A stretch of DNA of 64,000 nucleotides, from contig NW_014577084.1 of the NCBI RefSeq assembly GCF_000485595.1, positions 118,431-182,430 of the forward strand, written 5' to 3'. The notes beneath the pieces are model-generated. The model searched no databases. It had not been told where the DNA came from and was given only the letters and a program-made list of their open reading frames with translations. The DNA is from Priapulus caudatus (Eukaryota). Positions within the stretch are counted from its first letter, which is position 1. Each line of letters opens with the position of its first letter. Of the stretch, positions 43,401 to 56,091 are shown one piece after another. Position numbers and translations under genes: made by a program.

Positions 43401-46400
43401 ATTTTCATATTCATACTTGATTGTGGGCTAGTTATGCGAAAGGGGGGCCACTATCAAAATTGGTGTTTCTGTGCGAAGGGGCCTGCTATCAAATTGGTGT
43501 TCTGGTCGCGAATCACGGTAAAGTGTGCTCTCCTCACGATAGCCATTCCCCCCCTTCCTCCCCTCCCCCCCCCCCTTCTGTACAACAAAATATTCATAAT
43601 TAATCATAATCCGTATACTGCATTGTCGGCTCGCCGTATGGTCTGTTCTCCAAATCTTACAGGGAATTCTTCTGCTGTAAACTCAGGAACTTAGGTGTGG
43701 TTTGGCGGACGCCATAAGGCGGTATCATATGTCGGTACTTAATAAGGAGTGTAAACAAGCCCTCCTCGCTGAACTTCCCCGCTCCTCCTCTTCCCTCCTC
43801 CTCCAGCCGTCGAATAAACAGAAACCACTGGCTGAGCCAGCCGCTGATCATTATATTCAATTCTTGAGTTTCTATGTCTATTGGTGCGTACAAAATTTAT
43901 TAACGGCATTGCTCGGCGGATGTCAGCGCTCTAGCAATAGTTGTCAGAGCTGGTTGTGGTGTTGAAATTGTTAAAACTGATGGTTGCATTGATACAGTTC
44001 CACCTGATGGTTGGCCGTTACATTGCTTCCACGTGATGGCTGGTTACATTGCTTCCAGCTTGATGGCTTGCGTTGACATTGTTCCACCAGAATGCCGTCT
44101 TGGGTTGATATTGTATCTAGCCAGATGGTTGGTGCATTTTCCATCTGATGGCCTGCGTTGACATTGCTTCCATCTGATGGTTGCGTTGACATTGTTCCAA
44201 CCAGATGGTTGGACGTGACATTGTCTTTTACCAGATTATTGGGTTGACATTGCTTCCATCTGATGGCTGCGGGTGGACATTGTTCAGCCTGGATGCGTTG
44301 GGTTGGCATTGCTTCACCTCGATTGGTTTGGCTTGACATGTGTTCCACCTGGATGGTTGGGTTCATGTTCACGTGATTGTTGGGGTTGACATTGTTCCAC
44401 CTGCAATGCGTTGGGTTGACATTGTTCCACCTGACGGTTGGGTTGACACTGTGTCTCTACAGATTTGGTTGAAGTGACATGAGTTCCATCTGATGGTTGA
44501 GTTGACATGCGCCAATCTAAAATTTTATGCTGATGGTTGAGTGATATGGGTTCACGTGATGGTTGAGTGCCATTGTTGCCACCAGATGGTTGAGTTGAAA
44601 CATGGTTCATCTAGATGGTTGGGTTGACATTGCTTCCACGTGACGGACTGACCGTTGACATTGTCCACCTGAATTGCGATTGGGCTTGACATTGTCTTCC
44701 AACCTGCGGTGTGGGTTGACTGTGTTCCAACTGATGGTTGGGTGCCATTGTTTACCTGACGGCTTTGGGTTGACATTGCCGTCCACCTGGCGGTTGGGTG
44801 ACATTTTTTTTTGTCTCCATCTGAACGGTTGGGTTGACATTGTTCCAATCTGATGGTTGACGTTGAATTGTTCACATTGTTGGTTGGGTTACATTGCTTC
44901 CACCATGATGGTTGGTTGACATTGTATGTTCCACCAGGATGGTTGGCGTTGACATGTTCCATCTGATGGTTGGGTTTTGACATTGCTTCCCATCGATGGT
45001 ATGTTGACATTGTTCCACCTGACGGTTGTGTGCGCGTTGCATCTGCTTCCACCAGATGGTTGGGTTGGACATTGTTTCACCTGAACCGGTTGCGTTGGAC
45101 ATTGTTCCACCTGACGTTGGGGTGACATGTGTCCCATCTGACGCGTGTGGGTTGACATTGTTCACATGCTGATGCGTTGAGTTTGACCATTGTTCACCTA
45201 AATGGTTGGAGTTGACATTGTTCCACCAGATGGTTGGGCTTGACATGTTTCCATCTGATGGCTTGGCGTTGGACATTGTCTCCATCTGATGTTTGAGTTG
45301 ACATTAGTTCCACCTAATGGTTGAGTTGACATTGCTTCCACCAGATGTTGGGTTGAAATTGTTCCACCAGATGAGTTGGGTCGACATTGTTTCCATCGAT
45401 GGTTGGGTTGACATATGTCCACTGACGGTTTGGCGTTGCATTGTTCCAACTGATTGGTTGGGCGTTGCCGATTTTTCAACCTGATGCGGTTGGCTTGACA
45501 TTGCTCACCTTAACCGGCTTGGGTTGCACATTGTCCCATTCCTGACGGTATGGGGTTGACATCTGTTCCATCTGATGGTTGAGTTGACATTGTTCCACTT
45601 GTTGTGTTGGGTTGACATTGTTTCCACCTGATGGTTGAGTTAACATTGTCTCCACAGGATAGGTTTGTGACATGCGTCCATGCCTGATGGTTGGGTTGAC
45701 GATTGTTCTATCTGACGGTTGGTTGACATTGTATCCACCTGATAGGTTTCAGTTCGGGCATTGTTCACTGATGGTTGAGTTGACATTGTTGCCACCAGAT
45801 GGTTGGGTTATACATGGTTCCATTCTGATGGTTGCTGGTTGACATTGTTCCATTCATGCATGGTGAGTTGACATTGTTCCACCTGATGGCTTGAGTTGAC
45901 ATTGGTTCCACAGGATGGTTGGGTTGACATGGTTTCCATCTGATGGTTGGTTGACTATTGCTGTCCATCTGATGGTTTGAGTTGACATTCGTTTCCACTA
46001 TGGTTGATGTTGACATTGCTTTCCACCAGATGGGTTGGGCTTGAAATTGTGCACCAGTATGGATTGTTGACAATTGTTCCATCTGATGTTGCGGATTGAC
46101 ATCTGTCTCACTGACGGGATTGGGATTGACACTTGTTCACAGATCGGTTGGGGTTGACCATTTTCCCACCTTGATGGTTGGGTTGACATTGTTCCATCTG
46201 ATGGTTGAGTTGACATTGTTCCACCTGATGGTTGAGTTGACATTGTTCCACCAGATGGTTGGGTTGACATTGTTCCACCAGATGGTTGAGTTGACATTGT
46301 TCCACCTGATGGTTGGGTTGACATTGTTCCATCTGATGGTTGGGTTGACATTGTTCCATCTGATGGTTGAGTTGACATTGTTCCACCTGATGGTTGGGTT

Positions 46401-47302
46401 GACATTGTTCCACCAGATGGTTGAGTTGACATTGTTCCACCTGAAGGCTGCGTTGACATTGTAACCTCGGGGTTATTAGACGTGACACCCACCAGTGAGC
46501 CGGGATCCGTCCCCGTAACATTTTCCTGATTAGGACTGAGAGTTGGCAATAACGTGAAGATGTTATCTTTTTGCGTCGTTGTCTCAGCAAAAATGATGCC
46601 CTTTTCGCCTATCCTCCTTGTTGTAATGTTGGGATTATCCTCTACGAAAATGGTGGCCATTTTCATGCGTGTTGGGAAGGTTCCTCTAACTACGATCGAT
46701 GGCATTGTTGGTTGCGATAACTTATTGAAAAGCGTCGCCATTGCTTTGCTACTCGGCTCAGGTTCTGGCGTAGGATCGGTAGGTGTTACATCGCCACCAT
46801 CTCCTTTGGGTTTTTCGCTGACTAGTGACGTTGACATCGTTCCACCTGCTGGCTCAGTTGCTACGGTCCCCCTCGATGATTCTGTTGACGTTGTACTCTC
46901 TGGTTTATTAGACACGGTGCCCACTACGGAGCCGGGACCTGTGCCGGCATTAGTTTCCTGGTTAGGACTGAGAGTCGGCAATAACGTAAAGATGTCATCT
47001 TTTTGCGTCGTTGTCTCAGCGAAAATGATGCCCTTTTCGCCTATCCTCCTTGTTACAATGTTGGGATTATCCTCTACGAAAATGGTGGCCATTTTCATGC
47101 GTGTCGGGAATGTTCCTCTAACAATTATTGACGGCATTGTAGGTTGCGGTAACTTATTAAAAAGCGTCGCCATTGCTTTGCTACTCGGTTCAGGCTCTGG
47201 CGTAGGATCGGTAGGCATCACGTCGCCACCAACACCGCTAGATCTCCCATTGTCTCCCATCTGCTTGCGGCGTACCGCATCACGTTGGCAACTCACCAGA
47301 GC
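33849..47302 (-). CDS. Giant ZP-domain (cuticlin/Dumpy-like) transmembrane apical-ECM protein with a multi-type repetitive ectodomain; signal-peptide exon not located
   Basis: Exons on -: giant exon 47302-38283 (acceptor tttcag|ALVSCQ..., donor G|gtaagc; middle part frameshifted by noisy sequence), then 38032-37842, 37032-36884, 36611-36451, 35541-35460, 35019-34857, 34563-34416, 34111-33849, all phase-consistent. ZP-N cysteines: [56 protein letters not shown]. Followed by furin site [29 protein letters not shown] and a short cytoplasmic tail. Confidence 0.85.
37240..37797. repeat. Degenerate (CA)n microsatellite in a ZP-gene intron
   Basis: Direct reading. Similar GT/GCGT tracts lie at 6112-6200, 18644-18862, 35090-35420, 35612-35760 and 48973-49845. 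Confidence 0.9.
40550..42860 (-). repeat. Coding 87-bp (29-aa) tandem repeat, consensus [29 protein letters not shown]
   Basis: Period of 87 nt (e.g. 41842 vs 41929). More diverged units run into the clean 950-aa ORF. A cleaner copy lies at 48075-48645. Confidence 0.85.
43975..46463 (-). repeat. Coding 27-bp tandem repeat encoding TMSTQPS(G/D)G, mucin-like; on the order of 90 units
   Basis: Clean units such as gttgacattgttccacctgatggttgg at about 46172-46463 lie in frame in the 461-aa ORF. The rest of the array is degraded by indels. Confidence 0.85.
46440..47230 (-). repeat. Two-copy coding module with a 432-nt (144-aa) period at the N-terminus of the ZP protein
   Basis: [87 protein letters not shown] occurs twice; tcgccacc is at 46791 and 47223. 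Confidence 0.85.
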
Positions 47303-48021
47303 CTGAAAGCAAGAAAACATTTCACATGTCACTGGAGTAGTAACGGGAAGCGCACGCAGCGGCTCCAAACCAACAATATACATGCATTAGCCATTGAAAC
47401 ATATTATGAATAGTCAAGTTCAACCACTCCTAGTGTGCGATTATACGGTTCACTAGACTGATTCGTGCACCGGTACGCACCCTTGTAAATTGTCTGGAAA
47501 GTAAGCGATGACATCTTCGAAAGATGACTAAGAAATAAGTCCGGTTATTACATCTAAATTTTGCATTTTTTTGTAATTACAAAATATTTTTCAAGAGATT
47601 TACTTCAATAAATCTTTTTATGACAAAACACCAACATTCTGCTTCCAAGCGTATTTTTATATACGTTCTAGCCGTAGACGCAGTTAAAATCTTACCAAAA
47701 GGCTGAGCATTGTCGCTACGTCGTAGCTCGTCAAACCTCTAGGTTTCCACCGCATTGTGAGTCTCCTTCTGCAAGTAAGCAAACGTACTTCGTTTCTTAA
47801 CAGATAATTAAACAAGAACCGGTCGGCGAACGATTAGAATACTGGCATGTTAATAGCACATATAAATGCTAGATACTAAGGAACGCAATCGCATCACGCA
47901 ATCGTACTAATTCTTATTCTCAAAGATAACTGCATTGTGGCGCAGCGATTATACTTCTTACTTAATAACCGCGGATTTCGTCCTGATTTCATGTGAACTA
48001 TTTTGTCATTTGCATCGTGTA

Positions 48022-48073
<52 letters not shown>

Positions 48074-48074
48074 G

Positions 48075-49032
48075 GGTGTCTGTATAGGACCCTCCTTCCC
48101 CTCCTGGGTAGGTGGGCTGTGGCTGTACTGATACTCCTACATCAACACCTGTGTTCACACGGGTATCTGTATAGGACCCCTCTTTCCCTCCTTGGAAAGG
48201 AAGTCGTGGCTGTACTGGTACTCCTAAACCAACACCTGTGCTTGCACCAGTGTATCTGTATGATCCTCCTTCTCCTCCTGGGTAGGAAGGTTGTGTATGT
48301 ACTGGTACTCCTACACCTAAACCTGTGTTTACGCGGGTATCTGTATAAGACCCTCCTTCCCCTTCTGGGTAGGAAGGTTGTGACTGTACTGGTATTCCTA
48401 CCTGAATGCCCGTGTTCATACGGGTATCTGCATGTACTGGTACTCCTACACCAACACCTGTATTCACACGGGTATCTGTGTAGGACCCTCCTTCCCCTCC
48501 TTGGAAAGGAGGTCGTGGCTGCACTGGTATTCCTACCTGAATGCCCGTGTTCATACGGGTATCTGTATGTATCGGTACTCCTACACCAACACCTGTGTTC
48601 ACACTGGTGCCCGTATAGGATTCTCCTTCCCCTCCTGGGTAGGAGCTGAGCATTGTCGGCTACGTCGTAGCTCGTCAACTCTAAGATTTCCAGACGCATT
48701 GTGAGTCTGCCTTCTGCAAGTAAGCAAACGTACTAATAGATATATATATACAAGATAATTAAACAAGAACCGGTCGGCGAAGATTAGAATACTGGATTTA
48801 ATAGCACATATATGCTAGATACTAAGGAACGCAATCGCATCACGCAATCGTACTGAATTCTTATTCTCAAAGATAACTGGCATTGTGCGCGCAGGCGATT
48901 ATACTTCTTACTTAATAACCGCGGATTTTCGTCTGATTTCATGTGATTTTTGTCATTTGCATCGTGTACAACGTGTGGTGTGTGTGTGTGTGTGTGTGTG
49001 GTGTGTGTCGTGTGTGCTGTGTGTTGTGTGTG

Positions 49033-49086
<54 letters not shown>

Positions 49087-49142
49087 GTGTATTGTGTTGT
49101 GTGTGTTGTGTGTGTGTGGTGTGTGTGTGTGTGTTTGGGTGT

Positions 49143-49192
<50 letters not shown>

Positions 49193-49639
49193 TGTATGTG
49201 GTGTGTGGGTGTGTGTGCTGTTTGTTTGTGTGTGTGTGTGTGGTGTGTGTGTTTGTGCTGTGTTGTATAATGTGTGTGTGTGTGTGTGTGTTGTGTGTGT
49301 GTGTGTGGTGCGTGTTGTGTGTGTGTGTGTGGTGTGTGTGTGTGTGTGTGTGTGTGTGTGCATGCGTGGTGTGTGTTGTGTGTGCTGTTGTCGTGTGTGT
49401 GTGTGGTGTGTGTGTGTGTGTGTTGTAATGTGTGTGTGCGTGTGATGTGTGTTCGGTGCGTGTGCGTTGCGCGCGCGTGTGTTGTGTATTTGTGTGTGTG
49501 TCGGCGTGTAGGGGGGGGGGCGTGTGCGTGTGCGTATGTAGTGTTGTGTGCGTGTGTGTGTATGTATGTGTTGTGTGGTCGTGTATGTGTTTGTGTCGTG
49601 TGTGTTTATATATGTGGCGTGTGTGTTTTGGTGTGGTGC

Positions 49640-49674
<35 letters not shown>

Positions 49675-49695
49675 GTGCGCGCGTGCGGTGTGTGT

Positions 49696-49727
<32 letters not shown>

Positions 49728-49774
49728 GTGTGTGCCTGCGGTGTGTAGGTATATTGGTGGTGTGTGTCGTGTGG

Positions 49775-49805
<31 letters not shown>

Positions 49806-52800
49806 AAATGGGGGGGGCGTGTGGCGTGCATGTTTGTGTATGTTANNNNNNNNNNNNNNNNNNNNNNNNNATGTAATGCGGTACTCCCTACACCAACACC
49901 TGTGTTAACACTGGGCCGCGCCCGCTAGTACGGATTCTCCTTCCCCTCCTGGGTAGGAGGGCTGTGGATGTATTGGAAACCCTGCATCAAAACCTGTGTT
50001 CACACTGGTGCCTGTGTGCGATCCTCCTGGGTAGGGGAGGCGGCTGTGGATGGATTGGAAACCCTGCATCAAAACCTGTGTTCACACTGGTGCCTGTGTG
50101 CGATCCTCCTGGGTAGGAGGGCTGTGGATGGATTGGAAACCTTGCACCAAAACCTGTGTTCACACTGGTTTCGGTATATGATCCTCCCCCTCCTGGGTGG
50201 AAAGGCTGTGGATATATTGGACCTCCTATACCACCTATATTCACATTTGTTGAAACATGCGATTCCCCACCCCCTGCGTGGTTCGTGGCCATTGGAAAAA
50301 GTCCGCGAATTCCTCTATCAATAGCTGAGCCCTCCCGCCTCGGGAAATCAGGGTTGAACTTGGTCCAATGTTGGTTCAAACGCCAATTGTTTCTTCAACT
50401 CTTGGTTGTGTCCAAATGTTGAGATTTTCATTATTCATTATTGATTGCTGGCTATTTTCTGCGAAGGGGCCTACTATGCAAAAATTGGTGTTTCTGTTGC
50501 GAAGGGGGCCTCCTAGCTTAATCAAAATCTGGTGTTTCTGTGCGAATGCCAGTAAATGTTGCTCTCCTCGCACGATAGCCATCATCTGTACGACGCAAAG
50601 ATATTCATTAATAATCAATGGAATCCGGTATATTCTGTGTCGGCCGCTATGGTCGTTCTCCAAACTCTCTACAGGCGATTCTTCTGCTGTAGGAAGTCCC
50701 AGGAACGTAGGCGTCGTGGTGTTTGGGGACGCCATAAAGGCGTAGCATTATGGGTATCTGATAAGGAGTGTAAAACAAGCCCTCTCCTGAACGTTCCCGC
50801 CACGCCTCGCTCCTTTCTCCCTCTCCTCCAGGCCCGTCGAAATAAGCAGAACCACTGGCCTGAGCCAAGCCGATATCATTATTATTCCAATTCTTTAAAG
50901 TTCTATTTAGTCTATGGTGGTACAAATATTATTAACGGATTGCTTCGGCGATGTCAGCCGCTACTAGCAATAGTTGATCAGAGCTTGGTTGTGTGGTGCT
51001 GAAATGTTGAAAAACTGATGTTGCTTGATACATTCCACCCGGAGAGGGCGCCCTGATGTTGCGTGATTGATTCCACCTGATGCTGGCGTATTGACATTGT
51101 TCACTGATTGTGTGCGTTGACATTGAGTTCCACCCGAAGGGTTGGTTGCATATTGTTCTACAGATGGTTGGGTTGACATTGTGTCAATCTGATGGCTGCG
51201 GTTGACATTGATTCCATCTGATGGTTGCGCGTGACATTGTCACAAAGATGGTTGGGTTGACATTGTTTACCAAGATGGTTGGGTTGAACATTGATCCATC
51301 TGATGGCGCAGTTGACATGTTCTACCTGATGGTTGGGTTGACATTGTTCCACCGAGTGGTTTGGGTTGACATGTTTCTACGCGGAGCCTAGATGGTTGGG
51401 TTGAGGCATTGCTTCAGCACGTGATTGTTGGGTTGATCACATTGTCCACCATGATGGTTGGGTTGACATATGTTCGACACGGCGATGGAGACGTTTGGCG
51501 GGTTGACATTCGTTCTCAGACCAAGATGGTTATGAGTTAGACATGGTTCATATGAGATGGTTAGAGTTGACGACGAGCGCCAGGTGCTGAAGGGTTGAGT
51601 TGATATGTTTGTCATCGTGATGGGGGTGGTGCCAGTTGTTCCACCACATCGGGTGGGTGAGTTGACAAATGGTTCCATCCTGATGGTTGGGTTACATTGT
51701 TGCACACCGTGACGACTGAGTTGACATTTCGCACCTGATGTTGGGTTGACATTTGTTCCACGCTGACGGTTGAGGTTGACATTGTTCGAACTGATGTTGG
51801 GTTGCCCCACTGAGTCTTTTATTGGGCGATGGCTCCGGAACGGTCTGGGGATCGTGTAATATGTGGATCAGATAAGTTAGGTTGAGCAAGGGTATGGTTT
51901 CACCTGCAACGGTTGGGTTGACATTGCTGGCGCACCTGGCGGTTGGATTTGAACATTGTCCCATCTGACACGGTTGGGTGAACATTGTTCCATCTGATGG
52001 TGAGTTGACATGTTCCACTTGTTGGTTAGGGATGAACATTGTTCACCCAAGATGGTTGAGTTGACATTGGACCACCAGATGGTTTGGTTGACATGGTTCC
52101 AGTCTGGTGGTTGGTTGACATGTTGCATCTGATAATATTGAGTTGACATTGATTCCACCATGACGGTTGGGGGGGGTTGACAGAGTATGTTGATCCACGA
52201 GAGAAAAAAAAACCGGAAAAGACTGGTATAGGCGTTACATTGTTTCACCTGACGTTTGGTTGACAGACCTGTTCGGAGCCTGCGACGGTTGCGTAGGACA
52301 TGTCCCATCCTGACGGTGGTGGGGTTGAAACATTGCTTCCATCCTGCATGGTCTGACGTTGAATTGTTCACACCAGGCGGAAGGTTGAGGTTGACATATG
52401 TTCCCACCACGATGGTCTGGTTACATGGTTCATCGTATGTTGGGCTTGCACGGATGTCTCCATCTGATGGTTGAAGTCCTGACATTGTTCCACCCTAAAT
52501 GGTCTGAGTTGACATTGGTCGCACGCGAGGGAGGTTGGGTTATGAAACTTGTTCGCACCAGATGGTTGGGTTGAACATTGTTCGCAATACTGAGGGTGTT
52601 GGGTGACATTGTTCCACCTGCACCGGTTGGGTCGACATTGTTGCCACATTTGCTCGATGTTGGTTTTGCGCCAGTGTTTCAGCTGGACGGTTGGCGGGGT
52701 CATTCGCGGCTCCACCTAACGGGTGGTTGACATGTCCATATGACGGTTGGTTGACATTGTTCGCCACTGCTGATTGGTCCGTCTGAGTTCTGACAATTGT

Positions 52801-54291
52801 CTTCCACTTGTTGTGGTTGGTTGAATTCGTTCCACCTGGATGTTTGGGAGTTGACACATGTTCCCAGGCCAGATGGTTGGGTTGAACATGGTTCCATCTG
52901 AATCGGTTGGCGTTGCTACAGTTGCGCATCTGGACCGGTTGGTGGACATTGTTGCACCTGATGGTTCAGTTGGCCCATTGTGCCACCTCGACTGCCGATT
53001 GACGTGACATTGTTCCATCCAGATGGTTGGACATCGGGTTCGCCGATCTGAGGTTGGGTATGACGATGGTGGTTCCATCTGATGTTGAGTTGACATTGTT
53101 GCCGCCCTGATGTTGAGTGAGCATTGTGTTCCACCAGAGGGTGTGGGTTTGACATGGTCTCCATCTGATGGTTGGGATTGTACATTGTCTCGCCATTCTG
53201 ATCGGTCGAGGGTTTGACACTCTCGTTCCACCCTAACCTGCTTGACGCTTGACATTGTTCCAGCCGCAGATGGTTTGGGTTGAGGGGAATTGTTCGCCAC
53301 CCAGATGGTTGGGTCTTGACATTGCTCTGTGGTTGCTTGAACCTCATTGGGTTCCCACCTGGGGAAAAAACGGTTGGGTTGACATTCGGGCCGAACAGAT
53401 CGGCCCTTGGTCTCCGACATTCGCGCGCGAGGGCCTGATGGTTGGGTACATTGTTCCATGCCTGATGCGTTGACGTTACACTTGTGTCCACCTGTTGGTT
53501 GGGTTGACATTGTTCACCCTGACGTTGGTTGACATTGTTCCAATGATGGGTTGGGTTGCTCATTGTTTCAGCCTGACCGCGTCTGGGTGACATTGTTCCC
53601 ACCTGACGGTTGGGTGACATGTTCCACGTCTGATGGTTAGTTGGCACTTGTTCCACCTGAAATGGTGTGAGTTGCGACAGTGTTACCCAGACCATGATGG
53701 TTGAGCCTGTGACATTGTCGCACGGCCCAGATGGCTTGGTCTGCTGACATTTGCTCTCCACAGATGGTTGAGTTTGACCGCATTGTTCCAGCTCTGAAGG
53801 CTGCCGTTGACATTGTAACCTCGGTCTACTTAGACGTGACACCCCACTCCAGTTGAAGCCGGGATGCCGTCCCGCGTAACCATTTGCTGTTAGGAACTGA
53901 GAGCTCTTGGCAATAACGTGAAGATGTATTACTTTTTGCGTCGTTTGTCTCAGCAAAAAATGATGCCCCTTTTCGCCTATCCTTGCCTTGTTACAAGTTG
54001 GGATTATCCTCTACGAAAAATGGCTGCCATTTTCATGCGTGTCGGGAAGGAGGTTCCTGCTGAACTACGGATCGATGGCATTGTTGTTGCGACTAGACTT
54101 ATTCGAAAAGGCGCGTCGCCATTGCTGTTGCTACTCGGATCAGGTTCTGGCGTAGGATTGCGTCAGTGCTTACATCGCCCACATCTTCCTTTGGTTTTCG
54201 CTGACGTAGTGACGGTTGACTATCGTTGCAGCTGCTGGGCTCAGTTGCTACGGTCGGCCCCTTCGATGATCGTTGTTGACGTTGTATCTCC
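48075..54291 (-). other. Second, noisy copy of the giant-exon region of the ZP gene (29-aa repeats, Tyr/Gly block, 27-bp array, N-terminal module), interrupted by (GT)n and an N-gap; likely assembly redundancy
   Basis: 48075-48645 matches about 42237-42860; 49880-51010 matches about 42800-43980; 51010-54291 matches the 27-bp array plus one N-terminal module. Also 48645-48970 repeats 47702-48023. Confidence 0.7.
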
Positions 54292-54313
54292 GTGTGTGTG
54301 TGTGTGTTGTGTG

Positions 54314-54360
<47 letters not shown>

Positions 54361-56091
54361 TGTGTGTGTGTGTTTGTGTGTGTGTTTGTGTTTGTGTGTG
54401 TGTTTATATACGTGTGTGTGCGTGGGAGGGTGCGTGCGTGCGTGCGTGAGCGGGTTCAACGGCGTCCGTACGTGCATGAATGTATGTGTGTGTGCGTGCG
54501 GGCGTGCGTGCGTGCGTCCGTGCGTGCTCGGATTCAACGGCGTCTATGTAGAGAATATTTTGTGATGAACCAATTCGCAATACTACATAATTAAGTGTCA
54601 TATCGGTGTGCCATTAAGGTTATTGTTTTTTTTGTTTTTTTTTAATGACACCTACACGTGCTGAACGTGTATTTACAAGCACCAAACTATTTTAACGAAA
54701 TATGCAATCGATTCGCGAAATTATTTATGTGGTATAATTAGCTAAACGTGATATATATCCTACAAATCACGTCTATATGTAGAATCCCCATCAAAGTGTG
54801 TATTTACCAATGCCTGCAGATAATAGCCAAGCAAACAATTTATGATCGAAATTAGCTAAATGGTTGTCAAAAGTAATATTAATATAACTTTCACTACAAT
54901 AATTGAGAAACTGGATCTATACCATATATACTCACGCAATTAATCGCTGTTTGTCAAATTAGATATCCGACAGTCGTGCAAAGCACTGGTGATGACGACA
55001 ATGTACGTATATAAGTGCGAGTAAACTTTCCAGCTTTATGCGAGAACACATCTGTTACTGCATGCACGTATCACATAATATACTTGAAAGAAACTTTCAC
55101 AATCACAAGAAACGCGCTGACGTCTTTGGTCACGACGATGACGACTTGGAAAAGCGAGAGTACTTGACAGACATCCCACTGCATGCAATTTTAAGGTCAC
55201 ATTAAATGCAGTCACCATGAGGTTCTAACGCTACGGCCCGCTGCACGGCGTTACTCCAACCCGGTAGTGAAAGTATTGGCATGCCCATGGTTTCCCAAAA
55301 CTGTTACACGCCCGCAATTCATTGAACTCCGTTCCCAGCGCTCACCAAAAATGAGTCGTGAGAGCGCCTATTCCACCACTGGTCCCTAGGTACGAGAGTC
55401 AATCAGTACCTCCCGGGCGCGTAAGGTTACTGAACTTAATAACCAGGAAGAGGTGAAAATGCCGCGCCGGACCCAGCTGGGTATATGCTTGCACCAGGCG
55501 GAGTGCTGTCGCAACTAGTCAAGCGTCACCATGCCCACCTTCTGCCCCGCGGCTCCCGCTGCGGCTAACTACATGAGGCGGATCCTTCCATGTTCACGGT
55601 AAACCCAACCCAGATAGATGAGTCTTTGTCTAGGCGGCGCCGTGCTAACCACTCTGACGCTGTCATCGTTATGTAAGATTGCTGCGGCGTGGGGGAGGGG
55701 GGCAATTTCTCATCTGATTGTCCAATTCGTAAGGGGAGTAGGTTCTATTCAAGTCAAATGCTGCGAGCGATTGAGGATGTTCTATCCATATTCACGTTCT
55801 GTACATTCGTGTATTCATGTATCCGTGAGCGTTCAGCACGCCACGGCATTAACTTGCTTAAAGGGGGAGTTTACTCTAGGTTCTAGGGTTATTTTCAGCT
55901 AATTTAGGTTATAATTACGCTACATAAAAAGTTTCATAGTTCAATGACCATTAGAAATATTATTAAAAAATGTTTTAAAACTAACGACTACAGTTTGATT
56001 ACAACGACGGTGGCGCCACTCAAAGCGCACGATCTGATAAGTTGCGCAAAACCACTTTCCAGCCAAGGGCTACAGACCGAGGGTGTTTCTT

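Noticed and set aside
46554..47306. 250-aa plus-strand ORF with an internal repeat
   Set aside because: Antisense shadow of the ZP protein N-terminal modules.
54930..55560. Search for the missing signal-peptide exon of the ZP gene (also in the duplicate at 61.2-61.9 kb and at 47.3-48.0 kb)
   Set aside because: No ATG-initiated hydrophobic stretch with a convincing phase-0 donor was found, and the two noisy copies disagree in frame.
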